From an uncultured Flavobacteriaceae bacterium (GTDB lineage Bacteria; Bacteroidota; Bacteroidia; NS11-12g; UBA955), in the NCBI GenBank assembly GCA_964554385.1, contig CAZKOM010000001.1, positions 1-59,177 on the forward strand: 59,177 nucleotides of DNA, read 5' to 3'. Of this stretch, positions 1 to 9,772 are shown piece by piece (positions within the stretch are counted from its first letter, which is position 1; the number at the start of each line of letters is the position of its first letter). The notes beneath the pieces are model-generated. The model made no database searches. It worked only from the letters and a program-made list of their open reading frames with translations, and was not told the DNA's origin. A program made the translations under genes and the position numbers.

Positions 1-2
1 CG

Positions 3-1412
3 GTTGAACAGGATAGGAAATTGTTGGATCTTGAAAGAAAATTATTGGATCTTGAGAAACAAAAATCAGCCTGCGATGCTCGTGTTGCGGATTTGCAAAA
101 TCAGTTAAATACCGCCAATAATCAAGCTGCTATCAATAAGAAATGTTGTGATGATAAAACCAATGAGGTAAATGCAGAGAAATCTAAAAATGCAGCTTTG
201 TTAGCAGAAATTCAAACATTAAAAAATCAAGTAGCTGCATTAACTACTCAGAAGACAGCATTAGAAAATCAAATAAAAACACAAAAGCCTTGCGAAGATT
301 GTACACCGTTTAAAACGAGAATCAAAGCGCTTGAAAATGAATTAGCAACAGCAAAGGGTACGATTTCTATGTTGGAAGAACGATTGAAAAATCAAATTGC
401 AGGGGAGGACTGCACACCCTACAAAACCAAGGTGGCCCAATTAGAAAAAGATCTGGCAACGGCCAACGCAAAAATTACTGCAATGGCAGCAGAGAAAAAG
501 GCTTGTGAAGATAAATTAACATCAGCAAACAATACAATCACTTCGCTTAAATCTACCATCACTGCCTTGCAGAATGAAAAGAAAGCCTGTGAAGATAAGT
601 TGGCCGCTATTTCTGGAAAGTCAACTGGTGAAGATTGCACTCCTTATAAAAATAGAATAACCGAATTAGAAAAACAACTTGCCACTACAAAGTCGCAGTT
701 GGATGCGGAAATAGCTAAAACCAAGGCCCTTGAACAAAAGTTGTTGGGTTGTATTGATAAGGCAGCTTATGATAAAGCATTGGCCGATTTAGAGGCGTGT
801 AAGAAAAATGCTGCCGATCTGGAATCGCGTTTGAAGGCTTCCGAATCTGCAAAGAACGCAGCACAGACGGAATTGACTTCGGCAAAATCAAAAATTGCGG
901 AGTTAGAGGAAAAATTGAAGAACTGCGGATCAACGGTCAATTGTGACGAACTAAAAGCCCAGTTGGAACAACTGAAAATGGACTTAGAAAGTAAGCAAAA
1001 TGCCTACAATGCCCTAAAGGCCGAATACGATGATTGTTTGCAAACTTCAAAATCATTGCGTTCTCAGTTGAAAGAATGTCAAGATAAATTAAGTGCATCT
1101 TCAGGGTCTTCCTCTACCGAACTACAAGCAGCAAAAGATGAAATTGCGAAACTGAAGAATACTATCAGTCAATTAAACGGCGAAATTGCCGCACAGAAGA
1201 AGACTATTGATGAATTAAATGCTTTGTTAACAGAAAAAGAAAGTCAAAATGCTCAATTAACTCAACAGGTGATAGAAAAGAATCAACAGTTATCCAATTT
1301 ACAAAATCGTTTGAAGCAAATGGAAGCTCAATTAAATGATTGTAATGCTAAGTTGAAGAAATGTATAGAAGCGGCAGCGCCTCCAGCACCTGCTGAAGGA
1401 ACAGGAGGATAA
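3..1412 (+). CDS. Cys-rich coiled-coil repeat protein, N-terminus cut by window edge; function unknown
   Basis: The frame is open from nt 3 to TAA 1410-1412, so the TTG at 21 in the ORF track is probably internal. The sequence is almost entirely heptad-like A/E/K/L/Q/N/T. It has three ~30-aa units beginning EDCTP[FY]K, two EKKACEDKL units, 17 Cys and a Pro/Ala/Gly tail (AAAPPAPAEGTGG). The visible part has no TM segment or catalytic motif. Confidence 0.8.
   Translation, partial: VEQDRKLLDLERKLLDLEKQKSACDARVADLQNQLNTANNQAAINKKCCDDKTNEVNAEKSKNAALLAEIQTLKNQVAALTTQKTALENQIKTQKPCEDCTPFKTRIKALENELATAKGTISMLEERLKNQIAGEDCTPYKTKVAQLEKDLATANAKITAMAAEKKACEDKLTSANNTITSLKSTITALQNEKKACEDKLAAISGKSTGEDCTPYKNRITELEKQLATTKSQLDAEIAKTKALEQKLLGCIDKAAYDKALADLEACKKNAADLESRLKASESAKNAAQTELTSAKSKIAELEEKLKNCGSTVNCDELKAQLEQLKMDLESKQNAYNALKAEYDDCLQTSKSLRSQLKECQDKLSASSGSSSTELQAAKDEIAKLKNTISQLNGEIAAQKKTIDELNALLTEKESQNAQLTQQVIEKNQQLSNLQNRLKQMEAQLNDCNAKLKKCIEAAAPPAPAEGTGG
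294..719 (+). repeat. Protein-level repeats inside the coiled-coil CDS (3 x EDCTP[FY]K-x-[RK]-[IV]-x-x-LE-x-x-LAT...)
   Basis: Units start at nt 294 (EDCTPFKTRIKALENELATAKG), 405 (EDCTPYKTKVAQLEKDLATANA) and 630 (EDCTPYKNRITELEKQLATTKS). The DNA copies have diverged, so conservation is at the protein level. Confidence 0.7.
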
Positions 1413-1511
1413 TAAAAGAACCCGAGGGTAATTAGCCTCAACTACAACATTTATAGTGCACATTAGGTTACACCATACGTTGCATTATTTGTTTTCTACT
1501 AGATTAAAATT

Positions 1512-1543
1512 AACAAGGCTAATTCATGTGAATTAGCCTTGTT
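1512..1543. terminator. Bidirectional hairpin between convergent genes
   Basis: Perfect 15-nt inverted repeat AACAAGGCTAATTCA-tg-TGAATTAGCCTTGTT. It lies between the stop of the coiled-coil CDS (1412) and the stop of the minus-strand barrel gene (1546). The flanks are A/T-rich but lack a clean U-tract. Confidence 0.65.
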
Positions 1544-1545
1544 TG

Positions 1546-4056
1546 TTAAAATCTTGCATGTAATCGTAAATTGAGTCTTCTACCGGTTAAATAGTCGGGA
1601 ACTCCGTATCGGTTATTATCTAAATCTTTAATCCAACTGTAACTGATAACATTATTTATATCAAGGACATTGAAAATATCTAAGCTAATCCAAGCTTCAC
1701 TCAATCGAGCTGATTTTACCCACGAATTTTTATCGGCCGAAAAGGTTTTCGATAATCCAAGATCTATTCTTCGGTAAGGGGTAATTACATTGGGTTTGGT
1801 TTGATATCGGAATATACCATCAAAATAATAGGGGATGGAGGTACCAATGACTAAACTTAGATTTACTCGAACACTTGGATTATTTTTCAATTGATCTTGA
1901 AATACCGCAGAAAAATTAACTCTACGGTCTGTAGGTCTGCGCAACCAGTTGGATTGAACTTCTTTACCTGCTAAATCCGTGTACGATATTTTCTCTTTGG
2001 TTTGCATTATTCCCAACGTAAACCAACTTTCTAACCCTTTGGTAAATTCTCCGTACAATCGCTGGTCCAGCCCCCATGCATATCCTTCTGATGAATTCAC
2101 TGCGTAATAGCGTACGCGAATATTATCGTATAAATAAGGAACTAAATCGGTTAAATATTTACCGTATGCCTCGCTAGTGTATTTGAATCGCTGACCGCGA
2201 ATCAATAAATTTCGTTCCATTCCCAGCAGAACATGCCAAGACTTTTGAGCTAATAATTGTTGATTTAATATTCCCGTAAAATTTCGTAATTCTCGGTAAA
2301 ATCCTGGTTGATGATACGCTCCGATAGCCAATTTATAGGTAATTGAAGGTTTTCGTAAAGAATCATGAGTTACCCTAGCATTATACTGCTTATTGGGCTC
2401 CATGGTGAAACTAATACGTGGCATCCAAAGCCATTGTTCATTTACAGACCAATATTGATTTCTTACGCCCGCATGAAGCATTAACTGTTTTTTGCGATTA
2501 AGCAAATGACTAAATGTAATAAAGGATTTAGTCCGATAGGATTGTAATTGATTTTTTGCAAATACATTATCATCCAAAATGATACTGTCTGTTAAATAAC
2601 CAAGCAATGGAACATTGTAATCTGCACTATCGTTGTAATACCATTCTTCCATTCTGTCCAATAAACTTTCTGCATGAACCCGTATTCCAAACTTTACTTG
2701 TTCCAAAATGGGGGCATTTTCTTTTTTTCCTAAAACCACGTGATCCCATTTTCCAATGAATGCTGCCTGACTTACTGAGGAAGTCAATCGATTTCGTCCA
2801 TGATCTAAATAGTATCCATAACCTAAGGTACGCAACGGCTTTCCAAAATCTTTACTACCCAAATCACGATCTAATTCACTCAAGAAATAGGCTCCCTGAA
2901 CATCGAAAAATTCTTGTTCTTGAATACCCGTATGAGCTAAAATTAATTTATATTCTTTCTTTCTGCTTGGTTTGAATACTAAGGTTCCACTTCCCATACC
3001 GTAACGGTATATTAATGATTCCTGGCCAGCCATACCTACGTTTAATTGTAAGGCCGATTGAATCGTGCCAAATGTAGTCGTTCTGCTTACTGGGTTTAAG
3101 GTATAATTGTTGGTAGCTAAATTACCTAATAGTTGTAACTGCCATTTTTTACTCAATGTTATATTGTAAAAAGCTTGCGCATCCCAAAAGTTCATGGAAT
3201 AATCCCCAGCAGTATTAAGCGATTGGGTTAATAAACTGTTGCTGTACTGTCGAATTCCTATTCCTCCGTTCCTTTTCTTACCACCATCTAAAAAAGCATA
3301 ACTATTGGTCATTGTACCTAAATTGGCAATTACACTAACGGAATCCGGTTTCTCGTATTGAACATCTAAAACAGAACTCATTTTATCGCCATATTCCGCT
3401 CCAAATCCCCCGGCACTAAAATTAACGCTTCCAACCAAATCGGGATTGATGAAACTTAATCCCTCTTGCTGTCCGCTACTAATAAGTTGCGGTCTAAGAA
3501 TTTCTATATCGTTCACATAAATTAAGTTTTCGTCATAATTACCACCGCGTACACTGTAATTGCTCGACATTTCGTTGCCAGCGCTCACCCCAATTTGCAT
3601 TTTAATGAGTGATTCAATCCCAGCCATAGGAGTGGGGTTCAGTTGCAGGCGTTGTGTTCGAATATCTTCCATAAACCCGTTGCTGCGTTTTGAGGTAATT
3701 ACAATACCATCCATTCGCTGATAAGGTTGATCGGAGTTCCCCGAATTGTTATCGGCATTGTAGGAAAGAGTATCTGGATTGAGATGAGTTCTCCAACGGT
3801 GTATTAATACGCGTTTACTGTTATAAAATCCAATTACCCAGGTGCCTTCTTCAATATCTTGATTGCTTCGAAAAATACCATTTTTATCTGATATCCCTAG
3901 TAACTGCTCATTGTCTAAACGGATTTCTACCCCCGCTGCCGGTAATCCCGATGTAACTATAACAATTCCTTGCCTCGTATTTTGTGCAAAGGAAATTAGC
4001 GGAATACCCGATAAAATAAATAGTACGACGAATATTCTTTTGCGGGCAAAAGTCAC
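1546..4056 (-). CDS. TonB-dependent-receptor-like outer-membrane beta-barrel with N-terminal carboxypeptidase-regulatory-like domain
   Basis: GTG start and signal peptide MTFARKRIFVVLFILSGIPLISFAQ. N-terminal beta-sandwich-like segment (GIVIVTSGLPAAGVEIRL). Plug-like segment (IESLIKMQIGV...YSVRGG). Long Gly/Tyr/Asn-rich barrel ending in a terminal aromatic residue (LRLHARF). No SusD-like partner is adjacent. Confidence 0.8.
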   Translation of the reverse strand: MTFARKRIFVVLFILSGIPLISFAQNTRQGIVIVTSGLPAAGVEIRLDNEQLLGISDKNGIFRSNQDIEEGTWVIGFYNSKRVLIHRWRTHLNPDTLSYNADNNSGNSDQPYQRMDGIVITSKRSNGFMEDIRTQRLQLNPTPMAGIESLIKMQIGVSAGNEMSSNYSVRGGNYDENLIYVNDIEILRPQLISSGQQEGLSFINPDLVGSVNFSAGGFGAEYGDKMSSVLDVQYEKPDSVSVIANLGTMTNSYAFLDGGKKRNGGIGIRQYSNSLLTQSLNTAGDYSMNFWDAQAFYNITLSKKWQLQLLGNLATNNYTLNPVSRTTTFGTIQSALQLNVGMAGQESLIYRYGMGSGTLVFKPSRKKEYKLILAHTGIQEQEFFDVQGAYFLSELDRDLGSKDFGKPLRTLGYGYYLDHGRNRLTSSVSQAAFIGKWDHVVLGKKENAPILEQVKFGIRVHAESLLDRMEEWYYNDSADYNVPLLGYLTDSIILDDNVFAKNQLQSYRTKSFITFSHLLNRKKQLMLHAGVRNQYWSVNEQWLWMPRISFTMEPNKQYNARVTHDSLRKPSITYKLAIGAYHQPGFYRELRNFTGILNQQLLAQKSWHVLLGMERNLLIRGQRFKYTSEAYGKYLTDLVPYLYDNIRVRYYAVNSSEGYAWGLDQRLYGEFTKGLESWFTLGIMQTKEKISYTDLAGKEVQSNWLRRPTDRRVNFSAVFQDQLKNNPSVRVNLSLVIGTSIPYYFDGIFRYQTKPNVITPYRRIDLGLSKTFSADKNSWVKSARLSEAWISLDIFNVLDINNVISYSWIKDLDNNRYGVPDYLTGRRLNLRLHARF

Positions 4057-4093
4057 AGGTAAGAAACGATTTTTATGTTTTTTTATTGTTTAC

Positions 4094-4750
4094 TTACGCC
4101 GTAATAGCCTTTAATTCAGCAATCGTTTGAGTGGGATTGGCGGCACCAAACACAGTATTGCCTGCAACAAGTACATCTGCACCGGCTTCTGTAAGTGCTT
4201 TGGCATTTTGCAAGGTAACACCGCCATCAATTTCTATCAAAGTACTGCTTCCACAGTCTATAATCATTGATTTTAATTCGCGCACTTTGGCATACGTATT
4301 TTCAATAAACGATTGTCCCCCAAAACCAGGATTAACACTCATCAAGCAGACCAAATCGCATAAAGGCAAAATATCTTTTAGCAAGGATACCGGTGTATGC
4401 GGATTTAATGCAACACCTGCTTGCATTCCATGATTTTTAATATTGTTTAACGAACGATGTAAGTGGGTACAGGCTTCATAATGTACTGTTAATATTCTTG
4501 CACCGGCTTCGGCAAAAGCAGCCGTGTAACGATCCGGATCAACTATCATTAAATGCACGTCTAACGTTTTCTTTGCCATCGCCTTCAATGGTTTCATTAC
4601 TGGGAAGCCAAAAGAAATATTAGGTACAAAAACTCCGTCCATAACATCCACATGAAACCAATCGGCTTGTGAATCGTTAATCATTTGAATTTCTTCGTAT
4701 AACTTGCCGAAATCGGCTGATAAAATGGAAGGGGCAATACGTGCGGACAT
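4094..4750 (-). CDS. rpe: Ribulose-phosphate 3-epimerase
   Basis: Full-length family match: APSILSADFGKL...HVDVMDGVFVPNISFG...LDVHLMI...MSVNPGFGGQSF...IEIDGG. Confidence 0.95.
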   Translation of the reverse strand: MSARIAPSILSADFGKLYEEIQMINDSQADWFHVDVMDGVFVPNISFGFPVMKPLKAMAKKTLDVHLMIVDPDRYTAAFAEAGARILTVHYEACTHLHRSLNNIKNHGMQAGVALNPHTPVSLLKDILPLCDLVCLMSVNPGFGGQSFIENTYAKVRELKSMIIDCGSSTLIEIDGGVTLQNAKALTEAGADVLVAGNTVFGAANPTQTIAELKAITA

Positions 4751-4754
4751 GCCA

Positions 4755-4762
4755 CAAAGTTA
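4755..4762 (-). promoter_or_regulatory. Bacteroidota -7 box TAACTTTG (TAnnTTTG), 4 nt upstream of the rpe ATG
   Basis: The minus strand reads ctatTAACTTTGtggcATG, an exact match to the TAnnTTTG consensus. Confidence 0.45.
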
Positions 4763-4786
4763 ATAGTTAAAACTAAACTATTACGA

Positions 4787-5623
4787 CTAAACTTCCCGCA
4801 ACTTGTTATATAATTTTATGGTTTCAACGGCCTCTTTCACATCGTGGGTTCTCAGTAAATTAGCTCCGTTTTGTAAGGCTACCAAATGAAGTACACTGCT
4901 GCCATTTAAAGCACCTTCAGGAGTGGTTTCCAGTAATTTATAAATCATGCTTTTTCGCGATAACCCAACTAAAATCGGAACATCAAGGCCATGCAATCGT
5001 TTCATTCGATTCAGCAATTGATAGTTTTGGTCCAACGTCTTCCCAAACCCAAACCCAGGATCGAGAATTATTTGTTTTATACCGAATTTACGAATGTGTC
5101 GAGTTTTCTGCAAGAAATAAGTAAACAATGCTTCTTGAATAGGCTCATTGTAAACCGGATTTTCTTGCATTGTTTGAGGTGTGCCTTGCTTGTGCATGGC
5201 AATGTAAATCCACCCTCCGCGTGATACCTCATTCAACATATCCTTGTCATCTTCACCCGCTGAAATATCATTTACAATGTCAAAACGTAATTTGGAACAA
5301 CCTGAAATTACCGATGCTCGGTAGGTATCAATAGAAATCCAGGTTGCAGGAAAAGCCGTTCGAATTGCTTCAACAGCGGGGTAAACTCTATCTAGTTCTT
5401 CTTGTGCGGAAACAGGGATGGAGCCTGGCCGAGTACTTTGACCTCCAATATCCAATAAAGCAGCGCCATCATTTAACATTTGCCCAGCTTTATCCACCAA
5501 GGCTTGAATGCTATCAATTCTGCTACCGGAGAAAAAAGAATCCGGCGTAACATTCAAAATCCCCATCACCTGTGGTGAATGAAGGCTGAGAATTTTATCG
5601 CTGGATTCTAGAGAGTAATGCAA
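4787..5623 (-). CDS. folP: Dihydropteroate synthase
   Basis: LSLHSPQVMGILNVTPDSFFSGSR, DIGGQSTRPG and DPGFGFGK motifs. The TTG start lies 5 nt after the fumC stop, and the N-terminal length matches enterobacterial FolP. Confidence 0.92.
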   Translation of the reverse strand: MHYSLESSDKILSLHSPQVMGILNVTPDSFFSGSRIDSIQALVDKAGQMLNDGAALLDIGGQSTRPGSIPVSAQEELDRVYPAVEAIRTAFPATWISIDTYRASVISGCSKLRFDIVNDISAGEDDKDMLNEVSRGGWIYIAMHKQGTPQTMQENPVYNEPIQEALFTYFLQKTRHIRKFGIKQIILDPGFGFGKTLDQNYQLLNRMKRLHGLDVPILVGLSRKSMIYKLLETTPEGALNGSSVLHLVALQNGANLLRTHDVKEAVETIKLYNKLREV

Positions 5624-5628
5624 ATTGA

Positions 5629-7041
5629 TTATTTAATGGATTCGTCAGGATTTCCAACCATTTTTTCGGGTCTAACCCATTCGTTGAATTGCTCATCGGT
5701 TAATAAACCTAACGCAATTGCAGCTTCCTTCAACGTTGCATTCTCTTGATGTGCCTTTTTAGCAATTTTTGCCGCATTTTCATAGCCAATATGGGTATTT
5801 AAAGCAGTTACCAACATTAAGCTTTGATCCACCAATTTTTGGATATTTTCTCTATTGGGTTCAATGCCGATAGCACAGTTTTCGTTGAAACTCAAACACG
5901 CTTGGCCTAATAGGCGAGCGCTTTGAAGCATATTTGATGCTATTACTGGTTTGTAAACATTTAATTCAAAATGACCCTGTGAAGCAGCAAACGATATGGC
6001 CACATCATTGCCTAAAATTTGAGCGCAAACCATAGTTAACGCTTCGGGTTGGGTAGGGTTAACTTTACCTGGCATGATAGAACTTCCAGGTTCATTTTCA
6101 GGAATGAAAATTTCTCCAATTCCCGAACGCGGACCAGAACTTAGCATTCTGATATCGTTGGCAATTTTGAAACAACTCATCGCTGCACGTTTGATTGCAC
6201 CATGCAATTCAACCATCGCATCGTGTGCCGCCAATGCTTCAAATTTATTTGGAGCAGTAACAAAGGGCAATTCACTTTCCTTAGCAATGTATTTAGCAAC
6301 TAACTCAGAATATCCTTTGGGAGTATTTAAGCCCGTTCCAACTGCCGTGCCTCCTAAAGCTAGTTCTGCGGCCATCGGTAATGCACGATTTATTGCTGCG
6401 ATTCCATTTTCGAGTTGTTGAACATATCCGCTGAATTCCTGACCTAAAGTTAAAGGAGTGGCATCCATAAAATGGGTTCTACCTATTTTTACGATATCCT
6501 TGTATTCTCGAGCCTTGTGCTTTAATGTGGTTTTCAACGCTTGTAATCCGGGCAAAGTATAATCTATTACCTGCTTGAAAACAGCAATGCTCATAGCGGT
6601 AGGGAAGGTGTCGTTTGAACTCTGACTCTTATTTACATCATCATTTGGATGTAAAACCTTATCCTCATCCGTTAATAATCCACCATTTAATACATGCGCA
6701 CGATTAGCAACAACCTCGTTAACATTCATGTTGCTTTGAGTGCCACTACCTGTTTGCCAAATAACCAAAGGAAATTCTTTGTCTAATTTACCTGCAATGA
6801 TCTCATCACATACCCTACAAATTAGGTCACATTTTTCAGCCGATAATACTCCCAAATCACGGTTGGCTAGGGCAGCACTCTTTTTAAGAATTCCAAAAGC
6901 TCGGATAATCTCAACGGGCATTGAACCTTCGGGTCCAATTCGGAAATTATTTCTGCTTCTTTCGGTTTGCGCACCCCAGTAGGCATCAATGGGTACATTT
7001 ACATCACCCATGGTATCGTGTTCAACGCGGAATTTTGTCAT
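5629..7041 (-). CDS. fumC: Class II fumarate hydratase
   Basis: [13 protein letters not shown] signature and full-length aspartase/fumarase fold ([24 protein letters not shown]). Confidence 0.96.
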   Translation of the reverse strand: MTKFRVEHDTMGDVNVPIDAYWGAQTERSRNNFRIGPEGSMPVEIIRAFGILKKSAALANRDLGVLSAEKCDLICRVCDEIIAGKLDKEFPLVIWQTGSGTQSNMNVNEVVANRAHVLNGGLLTDEDKVLHPNDDVNKSQSSNDTFPTAMSIAVFKQVIDYTLPGLQALKTTLKHKAREYKDIVKIGRTHFMDATPLTLGQEFSGYVQQLENGIAAINRALPMAAELALGGTAVGTGLNTPKGYSELVAKYIAKESELPFVTAPNKFEALAAHDAMVELHGAIKRAAMSCFKIANDIRMLSSGPRSGIGEIFIPENEPGSSIMPGKVNPTQPEALTMVCAQILGNDVAISFAASQGHFELNVYKPVIASNMLQSARLLGQACLSFNENCAIGIEPNRENIQKLVDQSLMLVTALNTHIGYENAAKIAKKAHQENATLKEAAIALGLLTDEQFNEWVRPEKMVGNPDESIK

Positions 7042-7049
7042 AAGTGTTG

Positions 7050-7057
7050 CAAAGATA
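7050..7057 (-). promoter_or_regulatory. -7 box TATCTTTG, 8 nt upstream of the fumC ATG
   Basis: The minus strand reads gatTATCTTTGcaacacttATG. Confidence 0.45.
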
Positions 7058-7150
7058 ATCCAGCCCGTTCTATTGAATAAATGACAAAGATTATTATTGC
7101 ATAAAGCGTTAATGATTCTAATTCGTTTGTAACCATAAATGTTAAACCAA

Positions 7151-9670
7151 TTAATGATGTTGTTGATTCCCCTGGTTATTACCTGCCGGCATTACCAAGA
7201 TTTTTGTAGTGTAAACTTTTTCGCTGTTACCAAATTTACACCGCAATACATAAATTCCCGCCGTTAAACCATCTACGCTGATGTAGGTGCTTTTTTGGCC
7301 GATTTTTTCGAATAATTTTACAACTCTACCATCCAATGTAGTTATCTCTGCCGCATCAATTTCCAGATTACTTTGAATCGATAAATCGCTAATTGCAGGA
7401 TTAGGATATGCCTGAATTTGGATGTCTTGATCACCAAACAATTCAATTCGTGGCTGCATTTGCGAAGGGGTTTGGGGATCACAACCATCATATTGACTGT
7501 ATTTGGCGATTAATTCTACCATCAAATCATTTAAATACTGTTTGTTTTCCTTAACACCCGTGGGCTTTAAATGACTACCCCCAATCCCTGAATGATCGGT
7601 GATGTATAAATAATCTCCGTATGTGGCTGTGGCCATGTATTTGAACAGGAATTCGGAATTTTTATCGATTCCACTGGCTGCAATGGGAATGATTTTTATT
7701 CCCAACCGTGCTGCTTTTTCTATGGTCTCTCTTAATCGCAATGCAGCATAATCATGGGCAGGAGCGTCCAATACTAAGAAAAGTATTCTTGTAATAGCCT
7801 GAGGACTCCATTGTAAGCCATTCACCGCTACCGCCAATGCAGAATCCACGGCTTCAGGGAAATCCCCACCACCTCCAACAGATTGCTCGTTTACATACGC
7901 AATTACATCATCCACTCGATCCGTAAATGGCGTATATTTCGTAACATAGGCATCCCCCAAATCGCGATAAAATACCGATGAAAATCGAAATTTAGCACAA
8001 GGACTTGCACCTTGGGCACGCATCATTACGTCCATCATTTCTGATTTTAAATAATGTAATTCGTCCCCCATAGAACCCGTGGCATCTACTACCAAACAAA
8101 CATCAACGATCCGATTAATCTGAGTTTCAAATTGGTTGATTTGTAACTCCTCTGCAGCGTAATTAGGGGTTAATTTCCAGTTCTTTCGTTCGTAGACTTT
8201 TTCATTGTATATCACAACTAATTTCCCAGATACTAAATTTAATTTTGCTCCTTTTTCTGAAAGTTTCCCTTTGTCAGCTTCGATTGTAGAAGTTGTAACT
8301 ACTGGGGATTTGGCTGTAATTGAAGTTTCTGGTTTACCAACGGCCCCTGCAACTCCCCGATAAGTACTTCCGTTACTTTCTAACGGACCTCGAAAATTCA
8401 AATACAGAACTGCAAGTCCTCGATTATCTGTTTTACAAATCCATAATCGCTTATTTTCTTGATTATACAACTCCACAGTGGCATCCACCAAAGGTTTGCC
8501 ATTTTTATCGGATAACTTTATTAACTGTCGATCAAATTGCATCCCCCATCGTTGAGCAATTCCAGCAAGGGTAGGGTCTTGATGTGTTTTTTGAAATGCA
8601 TCCCAGTGGTCTACATCATTCCATATTCCAGCGGTAATTTGTCCTGGCGCTATGTTACTACTTGGGCCTGAACTACCAGTCTTGATATCAGAAATACTCT
8701 TTGAAGTCTTTATTTCATCCCTCATTAACGGCACACCAGAAGAACTAGATAATTCTTTTATTCGGGTAGGTTCTGTCTTGGAAGATTCAATAGGTTCTAC
8801 ACTTGGAATGGTCATTTCATCGTCAGTTACTACCGAAGTTGAACTTTCCCTATCCTCTGAATATCCCCTAACTACATCAGGACGAACCCCCGAAAGACGA
8901 GTAGAAATTCCAGAAGGACTTTTTGAAAGCGCTACTTTCCTGTAATCAACCCCGTCAGATATAGTTACTTTATTGCGAAACTTTTCCCGATATGCTAACT
9001 CAGAACCAAAGTAAAACGGAGCGATATACTTTCGATTTTCATCAGACAGTACCAATCCGTTTTCAATCTTATTGCTGTAATATCCCTTTAATACAGGATG
9101 GTATGGAATCATCGCCGAACAATGGGATAAGCCAGCGTCCACTACTAATATTGCAAATCGATCCCAGCTGTCTTTTTTAGCCGTTTTTGATAACCGTAAA
9201 AATGAGTCGATGGCCCTTGCTTCATATTTTTCTCTAACTATTCGCGCTTCTCGTGCAATTTTTTGATGATGCTCGGCAACGGCTAATTCAATGCTCGATT
9301 TAGGTAGATGGAATTGACCTACCCATTCAATACTGCAAACGGTTTTTCGCTTGTCTGATACGGGAAAAGCGGGTCGAGATATTGGTTGATTGAAGGATTG
9401 CCATCGATATACAGGAATCAGCTTTCCATCTTTTTCTTTTACAGCTAACTGTACGTTTCCTTTTATATTATCGGTGAAAAACGATTCGTTGTTGTAAGCC
9501 ATGGAATCTACAATTTCCCCAGTAGAATCTACAGCATAAATAAACGGCCATTTTTCTTCTTTATTAGAATGTGCGCTTCTATTCACACTTAAATTACTGG
9601 CTAAGGTAATTCCTGTAATTCCAGCGAGCGCTAACAGGAATGTCTTCCTCGATTTTGTTGCAATCTTCAT
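7151..9670 (-). CDS. Secreted multidomain VWA protein with T9SS type-A C-terminal sorting domain
   Basis: The start was moved to the ATG at 9670 ([26 protein letters not shown] signal peptide); the ORF-track start at 9697 is TTG. Domain order: ~270-aa unknown N-domain, Ser/Thr-rich linker, CarboxypepD_reg-like segment ([40 protein letters not shown]), VWA domain with a MIDAS-like motif ([15 protein letters not shown]), then a Por_Secre_tail-type CTD ([13 protein letters not shown]...GIYVLRC). Confidence 0.85.
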   Translation of the reverse strand: MKIATKSRKTFLLALAGITGITLASNLSVNRSAHSNKEEKWPFIYAVDSTGEIVDSMAYNNESFFTDNIKGNVQLAVKEKDGKLIPVYRWQSFNQPISRPAFPVSDKRKTVCSIEWVGQFHLPKSSIELAVAEHHQKIAREARIVREKYEARAIDSFLRLSKTAKKDSWDRFAILVVDAGLSHCSAMIPYHPVLKGYYSNKIENGLVLSDENRKYIAPFYFGSELAYREKFRNKVTISDGVDYRKVALSKSPSGISTRLSGVRPDVVRGYSEDRESSTSVVTDDEMTIPSVEPIESSKTEPTRIKELSSSSGVPLMRDEIKTSKSISDIKTGSSGPSSNIAPGQITAGIWNDVDHWDAFQKTHQDPTLAGIAQRWGMQFDRQLIKLSDKNGKPLVDATVELYNQENKRLWICKTDNRGLAVLYLNFRGPLESNGSTYRGVAGAVGKPETSITAKSPVVTTSTIEADKGKLSEKGAKLNLVSGKLVVIYNEKVYERKNWKLTPNYAAEELQINQFETQINRIVDVCLVVDATGSMGDELHYLKSEMMDVMMRAQGASPCAKFRFSSVFYRDLGDAYVTKYTPFTDRVDDVIAYVNEQSVGGGGDFPEAVDSALAVAVNGLQWSPQAITRILFLVLDAPAHDYAALRLRETIEKAARLGIKIIPIAASGIDKNSEFLFKYMATATYGDYLYITDHSGIGGSHLKPTGVKENKQYLNDLMVELIAKYSQYDGCDPQTPSQMQPRIELFGDQDIQIQAYPNPAISDLSIQSNLEIDAAEITTLDGRVVKLFEKIGQKSTYISVDGLTAGIYVLRCKFGNSEKVYTTKILVMPAGNNQGNQQHH

Positions 9671-9754
9671 GGTTTTCTGTTTAATTTTTTGCACCAATAC
9701 GCGAACTAGGGAAAAGGTAAATGCTCATTGACAATTTTTTTTAAACTGCCATGT

Positions 9755-9762
9755 TATCTTTG
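9755..9762 (+). promoter_or_regulatory. -7 box TATCTTTG, 10 nt upstream of the maeB ATG
   Basis: ccatgtTATCTTTGcatccaatctATG. The box lies inside the TTG-extended ORF of the track, which supports the ATG at 9773 as the real start. Confidence 0.5.
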
Positions 9763-9772
9763 CATCCAATCT

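Noticed and set aside
9697-9728. TTG/GTG-extended starts in the ORF track (9697, 9728, 12575, 18271, 20684, 26230, 28692, 40254, 48674, 51187, 57193)
   Set aside because: In each case a downstream ATG gives a family-typical N-terminus or signal peptide. In several cases an exact -7 box or terminator lies inside the extension.
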